Below, one piece after another: positions 55,547-64,000 of a stretch of 64,000 nucleotides of DNA. The DNA is taken from contig NC_068989.1 in the NCBI RefSeq assembly GCF_001194135.2, positions 32,710,792-32,774,791 on the forward strand. Reading direction: 5' to 3'. The DNA comes from Octopus bimaculoides. Taxonomy: Eukaryota. Position 1 is the first letter of the stretch. Every line of letters begins with the position of its first letter. A program made the translations under genes and the position numbers. A model generated the notes under the pieces. It was not told where the DNA came from and searched no databases. It saw only the letters and a program-made list of their open reading frames with translations.

Positions 55547-55559
55547 AAAGCAATGCATG

Positions 55560-57417
55560 CAGTGTTGCCAACTTAAAATCACAATTTTATGCTAAATTTC
55601 AGTAGAAAAAATACCAAAAAATACTAAAGACTAATTATATCAAAAAGCTTATTGATCTAAGCATAGGAAGATGCATTTTATTTTTCAATTTTGATTTGAT
55701 TACACCCATACTACTGAACAACCGTTCAACTTCTGCATTTAAGTTTGGCAATGTCAATAGATTAATGGCAAAATTTGAAACATCTCTAAAAGGATTTCCT
55801 CCAGTAGCATCTTTATATTCCAAGACTTCCAGCCAGAATGCCTCAGTATTAGACGTATTTGTCCATTTAACTAAATGAATGTTATCAAACTGAATTTCAA
55901 TTGNNNNNNNNNNNNNNNNNNNNNNNNNNNNNNNNNNNNNNNNNNNNNNNNNNNNNNNNNNNNNNNNNNNNNNNNNNNNNNNNNNNNNNNNNNNNNNNNN
56001 NNNNNNNNNNNNNNNNNNNNNNNNNNNNNNNNNNNNNNNNNNNNNNNNNNNNNNNNNNNNNNNNNNNNNNNNNNNNNNNNNNNNNNNNNNNNNNNNNNNN
56101 NNNNNNNNNNNNNNNNNNNNNNNNNNNNNNNNNNNNNNNNNNNTTTTTTAATAGAAGCATCTGGATCAAGAGGATCAATTCTACATGTTGGCAACACTAT
56201 CATATTAGCAACAGATTTGATCAAATTTGAAAGATCTTCAAGTAATTTTGTTTTATCGACAGTGTTTGATTCAAACAGTTTATTCACTTCCTGAACATGT
56301 TTTAAAATTGGATGCAAAAATAAAAGGTAAAGTTCATTCCTAGAATCACAAAACATTTCATGTAAAGTTTGTGCTGTAAAGCATTTTTTTTTTTTATAGT
56401 TTTAGTTTGGAAGTGAGTTTGCAATTCAACTATTGGCTTAAAATTCTATTTACCACTGGTTCTATTGACAACCACCTAGTTGTACAAGAATTCACAATCT
56501 TCAAAGGCTCTTTATCATTGATAGCAAGGTAAAGTTGTTCGTAGACACTTTGTCTTGTTGAAGAATGAGAGAACCATTTATAGGTTTTGGATACTTTCTA
56601 AATTAATGGGCAAACATTCAGCACAAGAGTGGGATACTGTTAACTGTAAAGAATGACATACACATCTAAATAGAATTAATGATGGAACTTTTAATTTCTG
56701 GAAAACACCATTGTTGACTCCTGTCATTACTCTAGCATTGTCAGTTCCTACACCCAGTAAATTTTTTATATCTAATTTCTTTTTCGCTAATTCAGTTTTT
56801 AAGGAAGTAAGTAGAAATATAAAGGGGGAGACCCCACCATCCTCATACTTCTATACAAGATATATAATCCAAAACAAGCATGAAAAAACACAGGCCTATT
56901 TTAAAACAGTCAAACTGAAAGTAAATCAGTCAACCTGTCATGATAAAATCTCATCACTACAGAATAAAGCATTGTTAGGACGAATTTCCATGCTTTCATT
57001 CTTTGCAACATATTTACATTATTGTGTAGTGAGTTCAGGTGCTGACATAAGTTATCTTCCCCCAACAAGCAGCACTGTATCCAAGTGGTGGGGAGGGGGT
57101 TGGAAAAGTTCATAACTTAATAAATTTCCTTTGGATAACTTTCATTTGATAACTTTCATTTGAAGTTTCATGAAAGTGAAAGAAAATTCAACAATAGCCA
57201 ATAGTATTAAAATTTGGCTGTAAGATACTTTAACAAAAGTGGAAAAGGAGAAAAAAAGAAGAAAAACGGGTAACTGTTGTGGAAATGTCATGATCAGAGA
57301 AAAATGCTAAATAAAATTTTAAACCTATTTCCCCTGCTAAATACTAGATTCAAAAATCTGCTAAATGCTGAAAAAAATGCTAGATCAAGCATAAAATATG
57401 CTAAATTGGCAACCCTG
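55560..57417 (-). mobile_element. hAT transposon, decayed and internally deleted
   Basis: 11-bp TIR cagtgttgcca / tggcaaccctg; 8-bp TSD aatgcatg / aatgcctg; GTDNARVMTG, CVCHSL, CTTRWLS, LPNLNAEVERLFSSM; repeated subterminal tgctaaat. Confidence 0.92.
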
Positions 57418-58399
57418 AATGCCTGCCTTTCCCATTTTAAGCCAAAGTACTACCACTACCATCAGTGCCAATAGAAGCAACAAACCCAATGAAAATAAGA
57501 ACCACAAAAACAAAAAGTTTAATAGCTGAAACAACGCACATGCCAGTGACAATAATGCAATGACAACCCTTGCTACCACTACCAACATTAGCACAATTAA
57601 TGAAAATACCGCATCAAACAAATCCACAAACAGTGGTGTTATTGACATGGTCTGTGCACATGAAGTAATTTTTTTATCTTTGTAAGTTTGCAAAATGTGA
57701 AATATTTCCTCAGCAAACGTTATATGATATCTTTAAACATACTACAAAAAGTCCAGGAAGCAACACTGGGAAAGTGTCATATATAAATGTAAAAGACTAA
57801 GAAGTAGAAAAGTGGTGCAAGAAACACAGAACCAGATCAAAAGTGTCTCAAACCATTCAGGGGTGCCAAAACAATTGTTACTAAAGAAAAAGGATTCAGT
57901 ACAGTAGCAGTTAGATTTACAACAAAAGAGAAGGTTAAGAAGCTCTCTGTGAGACACCAAGAAGTGATGAACTGGTAGCAAAATAGATGTGGAAAGTGAT
58001 AACATAACTCATGTTCTTTTGTCATTCTGTACTCTCCTAACACCTTTCTCTAAAACATAAGTATTTTGTTCCTACACTTGGTTAGGGCTCACAGAGGAAA
58101 TGACAATGGACCAAGATGTCTGGCAATATGAGGTTCTAGAGAGGATCCACCCACACCAGTGAAACTGAGTGCTAGAAGCATTGTGTCTCACCCACATGTA
58201 ACAATAAAAATTTTCACTTGCCCTACCCCAAGAAACCAAACTATATCTCCTCGCATTTCCTCTTCATACACTATGATTATATCCCACTCCCCCTCACTGC
58301 CCTGCTCACTGTATTGCTGCTTTCCCCACCCCCACTCCCTACTCGTGCTTTCTTGGCAATGCTTGGCCACATATATTATGACCTCCATACCTTGAGGGC

Positions 58400-59740
58400 A
58401 TGCCTTGGTAATTGCCACCATTTATCTCTCTCTTACTGACTACAGTTCCATCTATGCTCTGATCCCTGTTCCTTGTGAGTATACCCTGGCATTTCACCAT
58501 CTTTCTCCTGCTCTCTCTTGCACTTTTACTGTTCCCCCCCCACACACACTCTCTCTCTCTCTCTCTCTCTCTTTCCCTCGCTCTTCCCTCTGACTGGTAG
58601 CTATGTATCTCCTCTACAGCAGCACACCTGTTTCTAGCCTCATTCTCGATCACTCTCTCTTTCCTTCTCTTGCTCTTCCCTCTGGCTGGATAACCAAATA
58701 TCTCCTTTACATCAGCATACCTGTTTCTGCCCTCTCTCCCTCTCTCTCCCTTTCTTGTCAGGTAACCTTGTACCTCCTCTACAGCAAGATACCTGTCTCT
58801 GTCACTTCGTCACACTATAACCTTTCATCATCTGACACAAGATCACCTCCTCCAATGCTCCTTCCCCTTTCAAAATTCCTTGTCTTGCAAGTTACTTGGT
58901 GATGTGCCAGGGCAACTAATATCAGGACAATTCATTCTTGGACATCTCATACCTGGACAATTGATATCTAGGACAATTGATATACAGGCCAACTCATAAC
59001 AGGCATAACATGGAAAAGATTTAGTTTTGAAAGAATAATCAAGTAGGAATAAAATAACTGCACACATGCACAGACACACACACATACAGCACACACACAT
59101 GCACACATACAAACACCACACACCACAAATGCATACACACGCACACCACAAATACACACCATGCATACACATACACACACCACATACATGCACACATACC
59201 GCACACACGAATACACTTCACATACCACAAATACATGTACACACCACACGCATGCACATACACACAAATACACGCACACATACACACGAATATACACCAC
59301 ACGAATACACACCACATGCACGCACACACATACACATGCAAAATTTCTTTTAAAAATAAATCTTTATCACTTCATACCTATTACAAGTTATCCTACATAT
59401 CAGTTGTCCTGGTATCAGTTACCCTAGAACCACCTGGTGACCCTGCTGGTGCTGGTGCTGGTGCCATGTAAAAAGCATCCAGTCCACACTGTGAAGTGGT
59501 TGGTATTTGTAATGACATCCAGTTGTAAAAACCATGCCAAAACTGACCTTGCCTGTGCTGGTGTCCTGAAAAAAGCACTCTCTCCATTCTGCTGGGTGGT
59601 TGGTTTTAAGAATGGCATCCAGCTATAAAAACCATGCCAAAACAGACACAGTAGCCTGGTGTAGTCTTCTATCTGGCCAGCTCCTGTCAAACTATTCAAC
59701 CCCTGCCAGCATGGAAATCAGACATTAAACAATGATGATA
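58400..59740 (+). mobile_element. RTE-family 3' UTR with (GAT)n tail, split by a MITE
   Basis: Same family as 9780-10290; the host sequence ttacttggtga|ccctg is restored when 58903-59440 is removed. Confidence 0.75.
58903..59431. mobile_element. Mutator-like MITE with internal CA-rich microsatellite
   Basis: 9-bp TSD acttggtga / acctggtga; ~28-bp imperfect TIR; subterminal ggacaattgatat-like tandem units. Confidence 0.75.
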
Positions 59741-60026
59741 TAGGTGCTGGTATGACTGTGCTTTTAAGAATTTCTTGTTTCAGGTTCAATCCGGTATGTA
59801 GCACTTTTGGACAAATGTCTTCTACTATATCCCCAAGCCAACCAATGCTTATGTGTGGTGCATGAGTGTGTGTGTGTGTGCATGCATATATACGTACACA
59901 TACATTTACACATGCACAATAATATATTTTAATATTTGACTTAGAAATAGCGAGACTAATAATCTGGTGTAGAACTCATTATATGTATGGTCCAGAACAA
60001 AATGTTATGAGTATAGAGTGATAATA

Positions 60027-60357
60027 GAAAACAAAGAGATGACACTGGAAAAACCAAATTTTATGCAATGAACTTCGTTAGCTTTCTGCAATAAGATGAG
60101 ATGGACTCTTACTTGAGTACCAGGATAACATCCTATAGCTTCATAACACATGTATGTTCTCACTCATAACGCCAGTATGTTCTGAGGATGTAACTTCTCA
60201 AGTAAAGTGTACTTCATATTCAAGGCTCTGATGAAGCTATGGGATGTTATCCTGGTACTCAACTAAGAAGCCACCACATCTTATAACAGAAACAGCTGTA
60301 AGCTAATGAAGTTCATTACATGACATTTGGTTTTTCCAGTGTCATCACTTTGTTTTC
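60027..60357. repeat. Long imperfect palindrome (arms 60027-60144 and 60231-60357) at the head of the Penelope-like element
   Basis: gaaaacaaagagatgacactggaaaaaccaaat / atttggtttttccagtgtcatcactttgttttc and ttgagtaccaggataacatcctatagcttcat / atgaagctatgggatgttatcctggtactcaa. Confidence 0.92.
60224..60304 (+). ncRNA. Minimal type I hammerhead ribozyme motif
   Basis: GGCU-CUGAUGA-A-GCUAUGGGAUGU...ACAUCUUAUAAC-A-GAAA-C(AGCU)G-UA^-AGCU; 12-bp stem II with one mismatch; palindromic stem III loop. Confidence 0.75.
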
Positions 60358-60375
60358 TCTCTCTCTCTTTCTTTA

Positions 60376-62882
60376 ATTCAAACAACACCCACTAAGAAAT
60401 AACAGCTACCAAAAGAACCTAAAAGACCTACTACTCAAGCTCAAATTACAAAACGGAATTATCATTCACTCCGATACAACTAGGAACTCCTACACTCTGG
60501 ATGTTAATTTATATCACCAACTGCTACATAAGGAAATTACAAAAAGATACAAAATAGCACCAGATGCCACCTTAAGATCTATGAACTTAGCAGCCAAGGA
60601 CATTATGACAGACTACGACTTAAAGGACAAAACTGAACCCTTCATGCCATCCAGACCTCACATCACACTAAAAGACCATAAACCAAATTTCTTAACCGAT
60701 ACTAAAGTAAGATTAATATGCCCAAATAAATCAGACCTATGTAAATTAAGTAAACCAATACTCGACAAATACATCCCTAAGTTAAAAAGTAGAATAGTCC
60801 TAGAACTATGGTCCAACACATACAAAGCTCTAAACTGGTTCTCCAATATACAGAACATGAAGAACTTGCACCAGCATGACCGCAGTCACTTGGCTGAAAC
60901 ACATAAATAAATAGACATAGTAGATCACTACTCCTCAAACCTACAATCCTAAATAGCGCCCTAATATTTTCCAAAATTCACACGCATTTAACTATGAAGG
61001 AAATAAAAGTAATACTAGAAGCAAAAAAATCAGTTATAAACTTTGGGTATGAAAGGACTCCCCTAACTCTTTTGACATCACCATGGGAGCCCCAGATTCA
61101 GCACAGGTAACTGACCTGGTGGGCATTTATTTGCTATCATACCTACAGGAAGAATTCCCAGAACTCAAGGGTGGATTGTACAGGGACAACGCACTTTTCA
61201 TAATAAACCCTTAAATAGGAAACTAGAGCTTATCAACAAAAACTACACAAATTCTTTAAAAGATTTGGACTATCTATTTCTATAGAAAAGTAACACAACT
61301 TCATTAACTACTTAGACGCAAACTGCAACTTAGCCTCAGAACTCCACAAACCCTATATAAAACCCAACACTAACCTCAAATCCATAAATGCATCCAGTAA
61401 CCATCCGAACTTTATTAAGAGAGGTTTAGTACATAGCATTAGCAATAGAATATCACACCTCTCTTCCAACCAACATATTTTTAATAAGCATAAGGAAATC
61501 TATAATATTGCACTACATAAAGCAAGATTTAAACAAAAAAATTAAATACCTAGACCCCAATCACTATACAAAGAACCTAAATAACAGGAATCCACACGAT
61601 AATACCATTAACATTAACCACATGCCAAACATCACTACAAACTACACCAACAATAAGAACAGCATAGATAAGCTCAACAAAAATAATAGTAATAGAAACA
61701 ATGTTAATTCCCATACACAAATCACCAATAATATTACAAACAACAACATGAATACCAACAATGTGATAATAAAATTAACAATATTAAGTCTAATAACACG
61801 AATTATAAAAATAAGTTGAAAAATAATAATAGCTATAATATGAATAATATAAACCTACACATCGATAAGAATAAAAATATAGAGCCCCAAAGAACAAGGA
61901 TAAATCCTGTTAAAAACTATAACACTAGGTCATTGAGTCCACATAAACCATACAGAAATAACCCCAATAAAACAAACGAGCAATAGTAAAGAGAAACCCA
62001 ACTATAAAAATAAACTCGATAGCCATAATTATAATTTCACATGCCTTACAAACAATGAGGGTAGTTTCTATACCAGACATAGCAATACTAACAATAAATA
62101 TAATAATAATAATAAGATCTGGCTCATAATCCCTTTCGCCATGCACCTCAAATCCAACATAGTTTGCTCATTAATGAAACTAATAGATAAACACTTAAAC
62201 CTAAATGATAAATATGCAGCAATATTTAGGAATAAAATTAGAGTAGGCCACAGCCTGACTAGTAACCTAGCTACCATCATAGCCTCAATTAATAATAAAA
62301 AACTAGACACATTCTATGAAGCTAGGAAAATTAGGAACAATAAATGTAACAACCAACAGACTAATAGAGCAAATCCCACCACTAATGAACCGCCTCCTAG
62401 TAACATAGACAAAGACCAGAGTAGTAATAGCCCCCCACAACACAACATGAACAGATATACCTAATAATTTATGTGGCTGCAGGGATAGAAGTAAGTACCA
62501 ATTCTCTAATAGATGTAAAACTAAAAACGTAGTTTACCAATGTGACATACAAACAAATAGCCATATAAAATCTTATATAGGAGCCACAAAAAACGAAATG
62601 ATACTTAGGTACAATGCACACCAATCTAGCTTCAGAAATAGGAATAAGGCAAATTCAACAGGGCTTAGTAGCTATATCTAGGAACTTAAGGACAAAAAAA
62701 TAGAATATAGATTAGAATGGCGCATACTCGCAAAAACAACTTCTACAAATAGACGGTGCAATCTCTGTTTAACTGAACGCCTGGAAATTCTAACGACCAA
62801 ACCACTTCTTCTTAATAGAAAATATGAGAACATTAATTTTTGTCTACATATAGACCTCTTTGTCTTTTCCAAGTATCGGTGA
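60376..62882 (+). mobile_element. Penelope-like retroelement ORF (RT + C-terminal GIY-YIG endonuclease), 5'-truncated and decayed
   Basis: SDTTRNSY, ITLKDHKPNF..VRLICPNKS, DIVD, FDITMGAPDSAQVTDLVG, GLYRDN, SNHP, KIWLIIPF, CGC...C..KNVVY...SYIG...RY..H, CNLCLTE, LLNRK..CLH; TGA at 62880-62882. Confidence 0.92.
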
Positions 62883-63389
62883 ACCCACTTGACCCTGTAC
62901 AAATCCTACACTAGCATCTTCATCGAAATAATCCCATTTAGCTGGGAACCACTTAAACTACTTACATGCATATATTCACTTCCGAACCTCCACTCACTTT
63001 ATACACCCCATAAATTATTATACACCTACACAGGGCTTCCTCCATTACTACGAACTTCCTACATCTTTAAGTCCCAAAGACACAAATTCCTTACTTATCC
63101 CGGACTGAGTAATCCGGATAGAGTTAGCTCCCTTTTCACCATGAGTTAGAGTTAATTCCCTTTCTTTACACTGCTGGTGAAAAGTCTAGCCAGAATAAAC
63201 ACGTGGAAAATATGTGCTTAGTTAAACTTGGGACTACAGATCAAAATAACCTCCATCCTACATCCACTTCACAGCAGAATTATCGAATAAGAAATCTACT
63301 ATAATGTACGACTCACCATTCTTTGTCTTTATTCTCATTACTAGTTTATCCCTATGTCTTTCACTCTTCTTACCTCTACATATGACTCT

Positions 63390-63443
63390 GCATTCTGATG
63401 ATGTCTACCACTACAACTGGTAAACAGAAACAATCGTAAATGT
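63390..63443 (+). ncRNA. Minimal type I hammerhead ribozyme motif 3' of the Penelope-like ORF
   Basis: GCAUU-CUGAUGA-UGUCUACCA(CUACAAC)UGGUAAACA-GAAA-C(AAUC)G-UA^-AAUGU; 5-bp stem I, 9-bp stem II with one mismatch. Confidence 0.82.
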
Positions 63444-63671
63444 ACTATTACTACCACTTAATTAATTAATTAATTAATTAATGGCTTACTAGTGCAGACA
63501 ACCAACTTCTTTCTGTTATTTTTCCTCCAATTTCTTATTGCATATAATATTAAACTACAGTTTACCCGCTGAATTACCTGCTACCATATACCTTTTACTA
63601 AGGACTGTACCTACGCAGTTAATCACCAGGAGCGCCTTTGGACTTAACCATCACTTAAACACCTCTAACTT

Positions 63672-64000
63672 CATCATCATCATCATTGTCATTTAACGTC
63701 CGCTTTCCATGCTAGCATGGGTTGGACGATTTGACTGAGGACTGGTGAACCAGATGGCTACACAGGCTCCAATCTGATTTGGCAGAGTTTCTACAGCTGG
63801 ATGCCCTTCCTAACGCCAAACACTCAGAGAGTATAGTGGGTGCTTTTACGTGTCACCGGCACGAAGGCCAGTCAGGCGGTACTGGTAACGGCCACACTCA
63901 AAATGGTGTATTTTATGTGCCACCCGCACAAGAGCCAATCCAGGGGCACTGGCAACGATCTTGCTCGAAATTCCTTACACATGCTGCGGGCACAAGTGCC
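63672..64000 (-). mobile_element. RTE-family 3' end with (ATC)n tail
   Basis: catcatcatc..tttaacgtccgctttccatgctagcatgggttggac... Confidence 0.8.

Noticed and set aside
60181-60215. CTGAGGA in the palindrome spacer
   Set aside because: No downstream GAAA or UH site; at most a relic

Overview
Eukaryotic, AT-rich, repeat-dense scaffold with many N gaps. The repeat families and microsatellites point to a cephalopod, probably Octopus (inference). One protein-coding gene is supported: CDK5 on the + strand, with nine GT-AG coding exons from 12771 to 54895 ([29 protein letters not shown], stop TGA at 54893-54895). I could not find the exons encoding the first ~42 aa, so 1-12770 is probably intron, with those exons upstream or inside gaps. 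The introns and 3' flank hold decayed RTE LINEs, tRNA-derived SINEs, two hAT transposons with TIRs and TSDs, a mariner remnant, piggyBac-, mariner- and Mutator-like MITEs, and a Penelope-like retroelement (RT + C-terminal GIY-YIG) at about 60376-63450. The most notable signal not visible in the ORF track is a set of type I hammerhead ribozyme motifs from four unrelated sequence families: 47398-47450 (-) with a mutant inverted twin at 47805-47862 (+), 49111-49226 (+, CDK5 sense strand, intronic), 60224-60304 (+) and 63390-63443 (+). Three of them are minimal GUA-cleaving forms lacking the canonical G10.1-C11.1 pair. Hammerheads associated with Penelope-like elements are a known class; their activity here is untested. 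All alignments and folds were done by eye.
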